A stretch of DNA of 64,000 bases from an uncultured Gammaproteobacteria bacterium (GTDB taxonomy: Bacteria; Patescibacteriota; Patescibacteriia; Magasanikbacterales; GWA2-37-8), in the NCBI GenBank assembly GCA_964634875.1, contig CAZWKA010000006.1, positions 12,173-76,172 on the forward strand, written 5' to 3'. A model generated the notes under the pieces. It ran no database searches, was not told the DNA's origin, and saw only the letters and a list, made by a program, of their open reading frames with translations. A program made the position numbers and the translations under genes. Below, piece after piece: positions 37,791 to 49,000 of this stretch (position 1 is the stretch's first letter; every line of letters begins with the position of its first letter).

Positions 37791-40749
37791 ATTTTTAAGT
37801 TTTATCCTCATCTGTAGTTTGTTCGCCACCGGCGCAATTTTTCAGGTTGCTCAGGCTCAGACTGATACTGAGGGTATTACTGTTGGTGCAACTGTACCTG
37901 CTGCGCCAACAGACGGCGGGGGCGGGGGCGGTGGAGGAGGTGGAGGAGGTACGACCGACCCTACACCAACCCCAGAGCCGGTCGACACTGCTCCGGTTAT
38001 TACCAATGTTGTCTCAGTCCCTGATTTTAGGGATGCGCTCATAAGTTGGTCGGCTACGGATGACAAGGGTATCAGCATGAGTTCGTTTGTGTATGGTACA
38101 ACCATGGCCTACGGCAGTGCCGGCAGTATTACAGGTACATACCAAGTGATGTTATCGGGTCTCGCTACTGACACGCTTTATTTTTTTAAAATCACTGTTA
38201 CCGATACAGGTAATCATACTACTGAATCAACCGGTTCTTTCAAAACTAAATCAGAAACCGACACGAGCGCCCCTACGATTAGCAATGTTCAAGTCGTCAG
38301 CGGAGTAACGAGCGCCACAATTACTTGGGATACCAATGAAGTTTCCGACAGCCAAGTGCAATACGGCACCACAGCTGCTTACGGAAGCCGTGCGACCGAC
38401 ACCAACGCAGTCACGGCACACAGTGTGGTAATCCTTGGTCTTGATCCTAATACGACATACCACTTTCGGGTGATCTCAACCGATGCAAACGGTAATAGTG
38501 GTTCGAGTACTGACGATACCTTTAAAACGCTTAAAAAAACAGTTCCTCCGCCTGATGTCAGTAATGTAAGTGTTGCGCCAGTTAACGAAGCGCTGGTCGT
38601 GCGCTGGGAAAACCCGGGCGACATCGCTGCCCCTGATTTTGCTGGCGTCAGGATTATTCGTAAAATTGGCAGCCGCCCCGTGAATTTGGCAGATGGTGTC
38701 GAAGTCTACCGTGGCAGTGGGCAAATGTTTACGGATAACGGTGTCACGACTAACGTGCGCTATTTTTACACGCTTTTTTCTTTTGATACATCAGATAATT
38801 TTAGTGCTGGTGTTTTTGGGGATGGTGAGGTACCGGCCCGGCCTGGTCAAGAAGTCTGTGATAATGGACAAGATGATGATGCTAATGGGCAAGTTGATTG
38901 TGCTGACGCCACGTGTTCACTGGCGACTGCCTGTGTTGCTCCCCCAACCCCGGGTGAGCCGACGACACCAACAACTACCCCAAGCGAGCCCGGCACTGAG
39001 CCTCCAGTTGTTGTCCCGTCGTCCACTGTTCCGGTTTTTTTGAAAATTGGTTTAGAAACGTTGCGTTTTTCGGCTGCCAGCCGCACTCTCGTGCTTGAGC
39101 GAAAGAACGAGTACATATCTAATTTGGCTGGTTTTAACTTCACGGTGTCGCTCCCAAGAAACGTTTTATCGAAAGATCCGGAAGGAATAACAGTAGTTGT
39201 TGATGGGAGCGATCAGCACCAAATGTCGTATAACCCAGCGGATGGTTTGTATTATACGGATTTTGTTTTTCCGCCAGCAGGGCCACATCAATCCTATCTT
39301 CAAATTGATTACGGTGCTGGTGAGATCGACACCGTACCGTTTATTTTAGACAGCCGTTCTATCGGGCACGTGTTTGGCGATAAAAATGTCCCCGTGCGTG
39401 GAGCCAAGATAACCTTGCTCCTCGAAAACGGCACACCTTTTTCACTGCAGCCGTACCAACAAAACAACCCGCTAACCACCGGCGAGGAAGGAGCATTTGG
39501 TTGGGTGGTTCCCAACGGTCGGTATTATGCCAAAATCTCTGCTGCGGGGCGGTATGACTATAGCGTACCGCTGCAAAATATTACTAATAATGTTTTTGCT
39601 TTGAACGTCACGCTCATTACTATACCACCGACCCTCGCAGAAGTGATTGATTTTAATAAGCCGCTCGGTGAAAACATTAAAAATGTCGGAAAAAACCTAG
39701 CTGCCAAAACACAGGCAGCAGCTCAGGTGCTGAATAATTTAACTAATAACCCACAGATCGAGAAAGCTGCTAGCGACATTATCGCTCCGACAGCTGTTGG
39801 TATTATCGCAGTGAGTGTCGCGCCGCTTATCTCCTGGCTTGACCTATTGCCGCTGCTCCGATTGGTTTTTTTGCAACCCGTCCTTCTTATCGGCCGCAAG
39901 AAACGCCAAGGTTGGGGGCAAGTGTATAACTCGCTCAGTAAGCTTCCAGTTGATTTGGCGATCATCCGTCTGGTTGATTTTAAGACGGGCAAAGTAGTGC
40001 AATCGCGTGTTACGGATAAAAACGGTCGCTACTATTTTACGGTCAACCCCGGTAACTATCGCTTAGAAGTTTTGAAAGAAAAGATGATTTTCCCTTCGGT
40101 TTTATTGCGCGGGTTTGCGACTGACGGCACCAAGGCTGATATTTACCATGGTGAACAGGTATCCATTAAAGAAAAGGATCCCATCATCACCGCTAACATT
40201 CCACTCGATCCGAGTGGTGATAATAAAACGCCGCGCCGGTTGGTGTGGGAAAAAATTGGTAAAAAAGTGCAGGTTATTTTGTCCTGGTTTGGTTTGGCCG
40301 TAACGGCTGTTTCGCTGTACATTTCACCTAAATGGTACGTTGCCGCCCTGTTGGTTGGACATGTGGCAATGTTTTTTATCTTCCGACGCCTGGCGTTGCC
40401 ACCCAAGCCCAAGAGTTGGGGTATTGTCTATGATGCCAAGACCAAAACACCGGTCACGCGCGCGGTGGCCCGACTATTTAGCTCACAGTTCAACAAGCTG
40501 GTTTCTACTCAGATTACTGATGCCCGTGGCCGTTATTATTTCCTGGCTGGGGATAATCGATATTATGTCACTTATGATCACAAAGAGTATGAGCCCGCTA
40601 AAACTAATTTAATTGATTTAAGTGGAAAGGAAGTCGCGACAATCGGTTCGAATGTAGGATTGGTTAAGAAAGGTTTGCAGTCAACGTCTCAGCAAAATAC
40701 AGAAAAACCTAATGATACTGTGTCTATGAAAAAATACACTAGTCCTTAA
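37780..40749 (+). CDS. Cell-surface protein with FN3-like and carboxypeptidase-regulatory-like domains
   Basis: Signal peptide, poly-Gly, GLDPNTTYHFRV FN3 motif, CDNGQDDDANGQVDCAD motif, TM segments, TDKNGRY/TDARGRY. Confidence 0.8.
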   Translation: MFRKFLSFILICSLFATGAIFQVAQAQTDTEGITVGATVPAAPTDGGGGGGGGGGGGTTDPTPTPEPVDTAPVITNVVSVPDFRDALISWSATDDKGISMSSFVYGTTMAYGSAGSITGTYQVMLSGLATDTLYFFKITVTDTGNHTTESTGSFKTKSETDTSAPTISNVQVVSGVTSATITWDTNEVSDSQVQYGTTAAYGSRATDTNAVTAHSVVILGLDPNTTYHFRVISTDANGNSGSSTDDTFKTLKKTVPPPDVSNVSVAPVNEALVVRWENPGDIAAPDFAGVRIIRKIGSRPVNLADGVEVYRGSGQMFTDNGVTTNVRYFYTLFSFDTSDNFSAGVFGDGEVPARPGQEVCDNGQDDDANGQVDCADATCSLATACVAPPTPGEPTTPTTTPSEPGTEPPVVVPSSTVPVFLKIGLETLRFSAASRTLVLERKNEYISNLAGFNFTVSLPRNVLSKDPEGITVVVDGSDQHQMSYNPADGLYYTDFVFPPAGPHQSYLQIDYGAGEIDTVPFILDSRSIGHVFGDKNVPVRGAKITLLLENGTPFSLQPYQQNNPLTTGEEGAFGWVVPNGRYYAKISAAGRYDYSVPLQNITNNVFALNVTLITIPPTLAEVIDFNKPLGENIKNVGKNLAAKTQAAAQVLNNLTNNPQIEKAASDIIAPTAVGIIAVSVAPLISWLDLLPLLRLVFLQPVLLIGRKKRQGWGQVYNSLSKLPVDLAIIRLVDFKTGKVVQSRVTDKNGRYYFTVNPGNYRLEVLKEKMIFPSVLLRGFATDGTKADIYHGEQVSIKEKDPIITANIPLDPSGDNKTPRRLVWEKIGKKVQVILSWFGLAVTAVSLYISPKWYVAALLVGHVAMFFIFRRLALPPKPKSWGIVYDAKTKTPVTRAVARLFSSQFNKLVSTQITDARGRYYFLAGDNRYYVTYDHKEYEPAKTNLIDLSGKEVATIGSNVGLVKKGLQSTSQQNTEKPNDTVSMKKYTSP

Positions 40750-40754
40750 ACCAC

Positions 40755-43700
40755 ATGTTTCGTTTAAGACAAAAACATTTCAAGTCAAAACTTTTCCAAG
40801 CCCTTATGGGTCTCGGAGTGTTTTTGTTTTTTACAACCGCTTTCATTTTTTCTTACAGTCCAGCTGAGGCCGCTCCGACGGGTCCAAGCATTTTTACGTA
40901 CCAAGGCAAACTCTTAAGCAGTGCTAATGCGCCGATCAGTACGGCCGTCATGATGAAATTTGTTTTGTACGATTCGCTGACTGACGGTGCCGCTTTGTAT
41001 AGTGCTGCGGGGACACCGGGGGCACCAACCGCCGTAAGTATTACCCCCTCAAGCGGTATTTTCAGTGTTAATTTGGGTGGGACTGATACTAATCCAGTTG
41101 ATTCGGGTATTTTTAGAGATAATCCGGCTGTGTATCTGGAAGTTACGGTTGGTGCAGAAACTCTGACGCCGCGCAAACAGATTACAGCAAGCCCCTATGC
41201 CTTTAATGCTTTGTACCTCGATGGACAGAGTCTGGATACGAATTCGACCACTGCCTACATTCCACTCTCCGACGACCAAGGAAACTTTCGGTTTAATAAT
41301 ATAACTAGTACCGCCTTTTTCGTTACTGGTACAAGTACGTTAGCCACGACAACGATTAATAGTTCAACTATTACCAATGCAAATGTTACTAACCTCACGG
41401 TTAATGGCACCGTTTCATTTCTGAGTAATTCGTTGTCGGATGCCATGATTCCAGACACGATTACCGCGAGTAATTATTTGTTACTTGCTGGTGGTACCCT
41501 TGGTGGCGATCTGGCCTTTGGAGGCAATGATATCACGGGGCTCAATGATTTGAGTTTGAACGGCACCTTGACGAACAGTGGTCTAACACTGCTCGCGGGC
41601 GGTTTTATCGCCTCCGCTTCGTCAACCGTCAACGCCCAGCTCAATGTTCAAGGGCCGCTCAGCGCCTCTTCAACTCTTGTTGTAGCGGCCACTTCAACGT
41701 TCGCAACAGGGGTTGGTATCGCTACTTCGTCGCCGTTGGCTGCCCTTACTATCCAAGACGGTAGCATTTTAGCTGTCGGGAGCGCCGGTGGCACACCGTA
41801 CCAAGGGCCTGGTACACGACTAATGTGGGTTCCTAATAAAGCCGCTTTCAGAGCCGGATACGTTAATGGCTCACAGTGGGATGCTGCAAACATTGGTATT
41901 TACTCCACAGCATTCGGTGAAAATAATCAGGTGTCAGGTGACCGCGCGTTTGCGGGCGGTGCTGGCAATACTGTGAGTCAAACGGCCTCGGTTGCCTTTG
42001 GTGGTAGTAATACGGTAAGTGTTACTTATTCGGGCGCATTTGGTTTAAGTAATATAATTAACGGCGGCGGTGGCGGTTTCGCCTTTGGTATGAACAACAC
42101 GGTGAGTGGAGCGAGTTCTGCAATTGCCCTGGGTACAGGTAACAGTTCTGCTGGGGGCAGCGGTTCAACTGCTATTGGAAGTGCCAACAGCGCAGGTGGA
42201 ACAACAGCGATTGCTCTGGGTTCAAATATGTCGGTCAGTGGAAATAATTCAGTTGGTATCGGGCTTGATACAAATAATCGAACTCTGTCTCGAAACAATA
42301 CATTGGCGATTATGGGTGGCAATGTTGGTATTGGCACGTTGACCCCAGGTTATTTACTTTCGGTAAGCGGAACGCTGGCAGTCAGTGCTACCTCCACATT
42401 TGTCACTACAACTGCGGTGAGTTCTACAATTGAAACAGCTAATATCGCTTCGTTGTTTGCTAATACAGCAACAATTACCTCGCTCACTGTTACCAATTGT
42501 ACCGGGTGCGGTGGAGGGGTTTCGCTGGCTGCTAATCAGACTTTTACTGGTTTAAATACTTTTGCGGCAACCACAACGCTTGCAACTACTACGATTGGGG
42601 GAAGTCTTACTCCTTCAACCACTAACTTTTACGACTTAGGCACTTCTTCCACGCAGTGGAGATATTTAAATGTTTACGGAGGTGTTTTTCAGGCGGATGG
42701 TGTCACCACGTCTTCTTTAGAACAGCATCAACTCATTCTTGGTCAAGCTGTGGGGTATGATAAAGGTAAATTCTATATTGATGCCAGCGGCAATATTAGT
42801 GCTTCTGGCTCACTTCGGCTTGCCGGCAATGTTTTGCCATCTGCGCGGCCATCGTTTACAGTGACAGCGCGTACTACAAGTACGCTGAGTTCGGTTTTTG
42901 ATGCGGGTGGTGGAGGAGACAGAAATATTTCAATGGTAATTAATGCTGACGGTTTTCCTATAGTAGCTTTTACTGCCAATGCCAATGATTTACGGGTAGT
43001 AAAATGTGGAAACGCTGATTGCTCGGCAGGGAATATAGACACGGTTGTTGCTGTAAATGATGTAATCGGTCAGTCAAATTCTATGGCACTTGGATCCGAT
43101 GGCTTGCCAGTTATTGCGTATCAAGGCGCTGGCAGTGGAAGCGTGCACGTTATTCACTGTGGTAATTTGGCGTGTAGTAGTGGAAATACCACCACTGATG
43201 TTAACGGATCAAATCAAGGAACATACTTATCGTTGGCGATTGGTATTGATGGAATGCCTGGAATTGCTGTTTTTGACGTGAATAATGATGTTCGGTATAT
43301 CAAGTGTCTCAATTTGACCTGTTCGGCCAGTCAAGACAATCCAGTGGATGTTTCCGCAACTATTTCAACAGGTCATTATATTTCGTTGGCCATCGCCAAT
43401 AACGGTTATCCAATGATGGCATATTATAATCCAGATAAAACATCTTTGGACTACGCGCTTTGTGGCGATCCTGCTTGCAGCGATCGAGCCAAAATTACCA
43501 CAACTACAGTAGATAACACTGCTGACCAAGGGCAGTATGTTTCTTTGGCTGTTGGTTCAGATGGTCTTCCGGTTATGTCGTACCGCGACCCAACCTTTAA
43601 TCGTCTTATCGTGACGCGTTGCTTTAGCATGCTGTGCAATGGCGCAACAGATGGGGCAGTTTTGTCTAGTGGCGACTATGCAGGAGCAGGTATATACAGT

Positions 43701-46013
43701 TCAATTGAAATTGGTGTGGATGGTTTTCCGCTGGTGGCGCATCGCGCAAGCGGAATTGCTGGTTTGATGATGTTTAAATGTAATAGTGTTGGGTGTCTTA
43801 GCCCTACGTCAACTGTTCTCGATACACAAAATAGTCAAGCGGGATGGTATCCAAGTTTAGCAATTGGCGCAGACGGAGTGCCTATTGTTGCCTATTTTAC
43901 AGATGTTGGTAACGGCGAGCTTCATTTTTTAAAGTGTGCCGGGTATGATTGTGGAGCAACAACAACCCCAATTTTTACGGGCGGCTCAAATCTGGGTACT
44001 ACCGAAAATTATTTTAACAATGTGTATGCCAACCAGTTTTGGGGAAAAAAGTTTAAGGTTGCTGCTTTTGATGTGGCCGAAGAATATCCCACACTCGACG
44101 CCACGCTTGTAGCGGGTGAAGTTGTTGCGTTTGACGAAAATGCTCCCGGGTATGTAAAGCGAGCGACAGACAGCAACAAAGTGATTGGTATCATTTCAAC
44201 AAAACCAGGTTTATTGTTATCGGAATGGGAAAATGATGCTTCGAATGCAATGCAGGTGCCGGTCGCGCTTTCTGGTCGGGTGCCGCTACGTGTGCGGGCG
44301 GACAATGGTGCTATTTATGTTGGCGATTATTTACAGCTATCTGCAATACCCGGTGTGGCTGAAAAATCATCAGGCGATAAACCAACAATTGGTATTGCTA
44401 TGGATGTGTTTGAAGGTGTTGGAACTGGATCAGTAATGACGTTTGTAAATCTTGACGCCAGTGGAAGTGGTAGTGTCTATAATTCACTTACCGCAAGCGG
44501 TCAAAACGATAAAGTTATCATTGGTACAACGAGTACTCCTTATTCTCTTGAACTTAATGGTAACTTTTCAGTCGTCGATCCGTCGCTTGCCCGCCTGACG
44601 TTCTCGACCACAACACTTCTGACAATTAATGTCCCTGATTTCGAAAATGCAAAAGCGCTTATTTTAAACGCACCAAACTTCACACCGAACAGTGCGCCTG
44701 ATCGCATACTCTTTTCACTTCGTTCTCAAGATATTCCAGTATTTTCAGTCAGCGCCAACGGAGACGTTAATGCCCTAGGTAATTATTATGGCCAAAGCGC
44801 TACGTTTGGTTCGTCGACTAATCCCGGCGACTTAGCTGAACGAGTGGATATTGCCGGGGACGACCAAGTTGAAGCGGGGGATGTCATGATTGTTGATCCT
44901 AATAGTCCAGACACTTACAGGCGCAGCAATAGCTCATACGACCAAGCGGTCGCAGGTGTGATTTCAAGTAACCCGACCATTGTGGTCGGCCGCGGTAAGA
45001 CTGATTACACCGCCAATCTTGCTATGGTCGGACGAGTGCCAGTAAAGGTAAACAACCAAAATGGTTCAATTGCCCGCGGTGACTTGCTTGTTGCTTCCGC
45101 AAAAACAGGTGAGGCAATGAAGTATGACCCGGCACTTGATGTTAGTTCCAAAATGGTTGGTGTTATTGGTATCGCACTCGATCCGCTTACAGCAGAACAA
45201 GGTAAAGTAATGGCTCTTATTCGCACAGGTTGGGCTTACAGCCAGACCAAAACCTTGGCAGATCTGCAAACGACAATTGAAAGTGTGCTGGCAAGCAGTG
45301 GTGAAGGTCTGGGCGCTGACCTTGAAAAAATAGGTGTAGAAAGTTCGGCCGGTAATCTTGGGTATAGTAACGGAGACCTAAACCTTGGCGGCAATTCGTT
45401 GCTTGGAGTAAGTGTTGTCCGCAGTAAAAATAATACCTGGGAAATTGACGGTGAAGGTCGGATGCGAGCCAAGAGTATCACGGTTGAACAGGTTATTACC
45501 GGCGAATTGGTGGTTACACCAGGTGCTGACCCTAAAAAAACGACTATTGGTGAAGCAATGGTTGCTAAAGGTCAAACGAGCGTAGTGGTAGAGAATGCTG
45601 TGTTTACAACCACTACTAAAATTTTTATCACCTTTGTTGATAATCCGAAGCACTTTTGGTGGGTCTCCAAAAAGGAAGCAGGAGCATTTACAGTTTCATT
45701 TGATGCTGCCGCAGCGGATGATGCAGTTTTTGACTACTGGCTTATTCCCACTACGGCTGTTGATAACTTAACGGTGCCACCTTCAACCGCGGTACCGGCT
45801 CCGGAAGCTCCTCCAGATATTCCGCCAGCTGAAAGTGAGGGTGGTATCACAACCTCCACCCTCGAGGAAGATGAGAATAATGCTGGGTTAAGCGTTAATT
45901 CGACCACGAGCACTGTTATTGATCTGCCTGCCGAACCAAGCCCAGACTCCGGGCCCACATCGAGTTCAAATGATTTTGAAGGATCTGAATCGGAACCAGC
46001 TCAAGACCCTTAA
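40755..46013 (+). CDS. Giant tail-fibre-like adhesin A (YadA-head-like repeats, Cys-rich propeller, 2 peptidase-G2-like chaperone domains)
   Basis: 1752 aa; signal/TM; S-x-A-F/I-G repeats; DGLPVIAY…C…C repeats; DVAE and DLAE followed by GRVP. Confidence 0.8.
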   Translation: MFRLRQKHFKSKLFQALMGLGVFLFFTTAFIFSYSPAEAAPTGPSIFTYQGKLLSSANAPISTAVMMKFVLYDSLTDGAALYSAAGTPGAPTAVSITPSSGIFSVNLGGTDTNPVDSGIFRDNPAVYLEVTVGAETLTPRKQITASPYAFNALYLDGQSLDTNSTTAYIPLSDDQGNFRFNNITSTAFFVTGTSTLATTTINSSTITNANVTNLTVNGTVSFLSNSLSDAMIPDTITASNYLLLAGGTLGGDLAFGGNDITGLNDLSLNGTLTNSGLTLLAGGFIASASSTVNAQLNVQGPLSASSTLVVAATSTFATGVGIATSSPLAALTIQDGSILAVGSAGGTPYQGPGTRLMWVPNKAAFRAGYVNGSQWDAANIGIYSTAFGENNQVSGDRAFAGGAGNTVSQTASVAFGGSNTVSVTYSGAFGLSNIINGGGGGFAFGMNNTVSGASSAIALGTGNSSAGGSGSTAIGSANSAGGTTAIALGSNMSVSGNNSVGIGLDTNNRTLSRNNTLAIMGGNVGIGTLTPGYLLSVSGTLAVSATSTFVTTTAVSSTIETANIASLFANTATITSLTVTNCTGCGGGVSLAANQTFTGLNTFAATTTLATTTIGGSLTPSTTNFYDLGTSSTQWRYLNVYGGVFQADGVTTSSLEQHQLILGQAVGYDKGKFYIDASGNISASGSLRLAGNVLPSARPSFTVTARTTSTLSSVFDAGGGGDRNISMVINADGFPIVAFTANANDLRVVKCGNADCSAGNIDTVVAVNDVIGQSNSMALGSDGLPVIAYQGAGSGSVHVIHCGNLACSSGNTTTDVNGSNQGTYLSLAIGIDGMPGIAVFDVNNDVRYIKCLNLTCSASQDNPVDVSATISTGHYISLAIANNGYPMMAYYNPDKTSLDYALCGDPACSDRAKITTTTVDNTADQGQYVSLAVGSDGLPVMSYRDPTFNRLIVTRCFSMLCNGATDGAVLSSGDYAGAGIYSSIEIGVDGFPLVAHRASGIAGLMMFKCNSVGCLSPTSTVLDTQNSQAGWYPSLAIGADGVPIVAYFTDVGNGELHFLKCAGYDCGATTTPIFTGGSNLGTTENYFNNVYANQFWGKKFKVAAFDVAEEYPTLDATLVAGEVVAFDENAPGYVKRATDSNKVIGIISTKPGLLLSEWENDASNAMQVPVALSGRVPLRVRADNGAIYVGDYLQLSAIPGVAEKSSGDKPTIGIAMDVFEGVGTGSVMTFVNLDASGSGSVYNSLTASGQNDKVIIGTTSTPYSLELNGNFSVVDPSLARLTFSTTTLLTINVPDFENAKALILNAPNFTPNSAPDRILFSLRSQDIPVFSVSANGDVNALGNYYGQSATFGSSTNPGDLAERVDIAGDDQVEAGDVMIVDPNSPDTYRRSNSSYDQAVAGVISSNPTIVVGRGKTDYTANLAMVGRVPVKVNNQNGSIARGDLLVASAKTGEAMKYDPALDVSSKMVGVIGIALDPLTAEQGKVMALIRTGWAYSQTKTLADLQTTIESVLASSGEGLGADLEKIGVESSAGNLGYSNGDLNLGGNSLLGVSVVRSKNNTWEIDGEGRMRAKSITVEQVITGELVVTPGADPKKTTIGEAMVAKGQTSVVVENAVFTTTTKIFITFVDNPKHFWWVSKKEAGAFTVSFDAAAADDAVFDYWLIPTTAVDNLTVPPSTAVPAPEAPPDIPPAESEGGITTSTLEEDENNAGLSVNSTTSTVIDLPAEPSPDSGPTSSSNDFEGSESEPAQDP

Positions 46014-46094
46014 AGTTTCTGCTTTTCTGTGGTATAGTCCCCAAGTCTAGATGACTGACAGCTACTCTAAGCTGCCAGAATTTAGGCTTAGTGT

Positions 46095-49000
46095 ATGGGT
46101 CAAAAAAATATATTTCAAAACTCCGCTATATTGAGCCGGGTATTTTTACCCATCGGCTTATTTTTGTTTTTTTTGGGAGCGCTTTTTTACTCGCAAATAG
46201 CCGTACAAGCGGCTCCTGCAGCACCGCCGTCCATAGTCAGTTATCAGGGTAAAATCCTGGATGATACCAACAGTCCGATCTCGACGGCTTTAAATATCAA
46301 GTTTTTACTCTACGATGCCCAAACTGCCGGAAATGTGCTCTATACTGCAGCGGGTACCCTTGCTACCCCAACGGCTCTGAGTATTACCCCCTCAAGCGGT
46401 ATTTTTGTGGTTAATTTAGGGGATGCCGACACTAATCCGATCGAGCCTTCTATTTTTAAGAATAATACTAACGTCTACCTTGAAGTTGTGGTGGGTGCCG
46501 AAACCTTGTCGCCACGTCGGCAAATTACCGCCGCTCCTTATGCCCTCAATGCGCTTGCCCTGAATGGATATAGTTTAGAAACTGTCTCGAGCTCCGCCTA
46601 TATTCCGCTCAGCGATGCTCAAGGAAGGTTCCAGTTTAATGGTGTTACTAGCACCAACCTTGTAGCAACGGGCACAAGTACGCTCGCCACCACTACTATT
46701 GTTAGCACTACGATTGCTCAGGCAAATATCACTAACCTGGCGATCAACGGCACTGTAACAGGCCTTTCGCTTGGGTCACTGAGCGGCACAGGCGTCTTAG
46801 CGTTTATTGCTAATTCACAAACGTTTAGCGGTGCCAATACTTTTAGCGCCACTACTACTTTTACCACTTCGACCATAGCTTCAAGCACGCTGACCCAGGC
46901 CAACATCATGGCGCTCACGGTTAACGGCACACTTTCGCTCCCGGCCAACAGTGTCACCGACTTTATGATTCCGGACACGATCACAGCCGCTAATTATTTA
47001 CTCCTAACCGGCGGCACTCTGGCTGGCAACTTGGCTTTGGGAAATAACAATATTAGCGGGATCAACGATCTCAGTCTTGGTGGTACCCTAACCAACAGCG
47101 GGGTTAGTATTTTTACCAGTGGTTTTATTGCTCCAGCTTCGAGCACTGTTGGTGGCCAGCTCCATGCAAATGGCCCTGTGTACGCTTCGTCAACGCTTGA
47201 CGTCGACGGCCGCGCCCTCTTTTCAAGCGGCTTTATCGCCAACAGCGCTTCAACCATTAATGCTGGACTGGCGATTGGTGACACTTTAAGTGTTGGGGCT
47301 ACCTCAACGTTCACCACCACCACCATGGCAAGTTCTTCGATTGCCAATGCCAATATTGGAAATCTGGTGGTCAACGGTACGTGTAGTGGCTGTTTATCGG
47401 GGGCGGCACTGCTCGCAGCCAACCAAACATTCACAGGTACAAATATTTTTTCAGTCACAACAACCTTTAGTGCCACATCTTCTTTTTCACAGGCGCTAGG
47501 CATAGCAACGACAACGCCGTCAGCACAGTTGACCTTAAATGGTGGAAACATTTTAGCAATTGGAACCTATGTGGGTTCAGGGGCGGTTCCGTATAGTGGA
47601 GTTGGTACGCGGCTCATGTGGATACCAAGCCGAGCGGCATTCCGGGCTGGCTATGTGAACGGTTCGCAGTGGGATGCCGCTAATGTGGGCGTCTATTCAG
47701 CTGCTTTTGGTGAAAATAATACAGTGTCGGGTGATCGTGCATTCGCAGCTGGAACCGGTAATACGGTCAGCCAGACAGGCTCGGTTGCTTTTGGTGGAAG
47801 TAATACCGTTTCAGTTACGTATTCAGCAGCTTTTGGTGCTAGTAATATTATTAATGCGGGCGGAGGTGGCTTTGCTGTCGGTCTAAGCAATACGGTCAGT
47901 GGAGCAAGTTCGGCAGCAGCTATTGGTACTGGTAATACATCGGCGGGTGGAACTGGCTCGACTGCTATTGGTGCAAATAATAGCGCAGGTGGAACTTCCG
48001 CCATTGCTTTGGGTTCAAGAATTTCAGTAAGTGGAAACAATTCGGTTGGTATTGGTCTTGATACAAACTCTCGCACACTCTCACAAAACAATACGCTGGC
48101 TATTATGGGCGGAAACGTTGGTATTGGCACGTTGGCACCTGGGTATACGCTTGCGGTAACCGGTACGCTCGCAGTAAGTGCAACGTCTACGTTTGCGACC
48201 ACCACCATGGCGAGTTCAACGATTGTTAGCCTTAATGCAACCAATGGATATATTGGTACTTTGACAGTTGGTTCGTGTACTGGTTGCGGAGCAGCTGCGG
48301 CCGGCGCTTCTTTGACCGACAATCAGAATTTTACTGGTTTCAATACTTTTTCAGCAACCACTACTTTTACCAATAGATCGGGTATAGTTATTAATACCAG
48401 CACTGCGTATGCTCTGGGCAGGCTTCATATTGATCCTTCAGGAAATATTTTTACTTCCGGCACTATTCAGCTTGCAGGGAACCTCATGCCGCTACGCGGT
48501 GTCGCTACTTCAACGGCAATTGCCGCCTCAGCAACGAGTACCAGCAGCACCCTGGCTTCAGTAGGGGACACAGGCCAGAACCCGGCCGCAATGGTTGGTG
48601 GCGACGGTTTTCCAATCATAGCCTATTATTCTTCTTCAACACACGGCTTAATGATACTTCACTGCACCAGTGTTAATTGTAGTTCGTCGGATGCACCCAT
48701 CCAGATTGATGGGCTCGATGAAGATGTTGGGGTGCAGCCTTCGATTGCTTTGGGTCAAGACGGTTTTCCGGTAATGACCTATTACAGTGTAACGAGTACG
48801 AACCTTCGTTTTGCTAAATGTTATAATTTTAGTTGTTCTCAGGTTACTACGACGACGATTGATGCAACCGCTAACACCGGCTACTATTCATCGGTCGTTA
48901 TTGGTGTTGATGGTAATCCGATTGTTGCGTATCAACGAACGGGTCAGCTCTATGTGCTACAATGCTTTACCGCAGACTGTTCAAGTGTAAGTACTCCAGC

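Noticed and set aside
37915-37950. G-rich tract as a G-quadruplex or phase-variation site
   Set aside because: Encodes a poly-Gly linker with mixed codons, common in such surface proteins.
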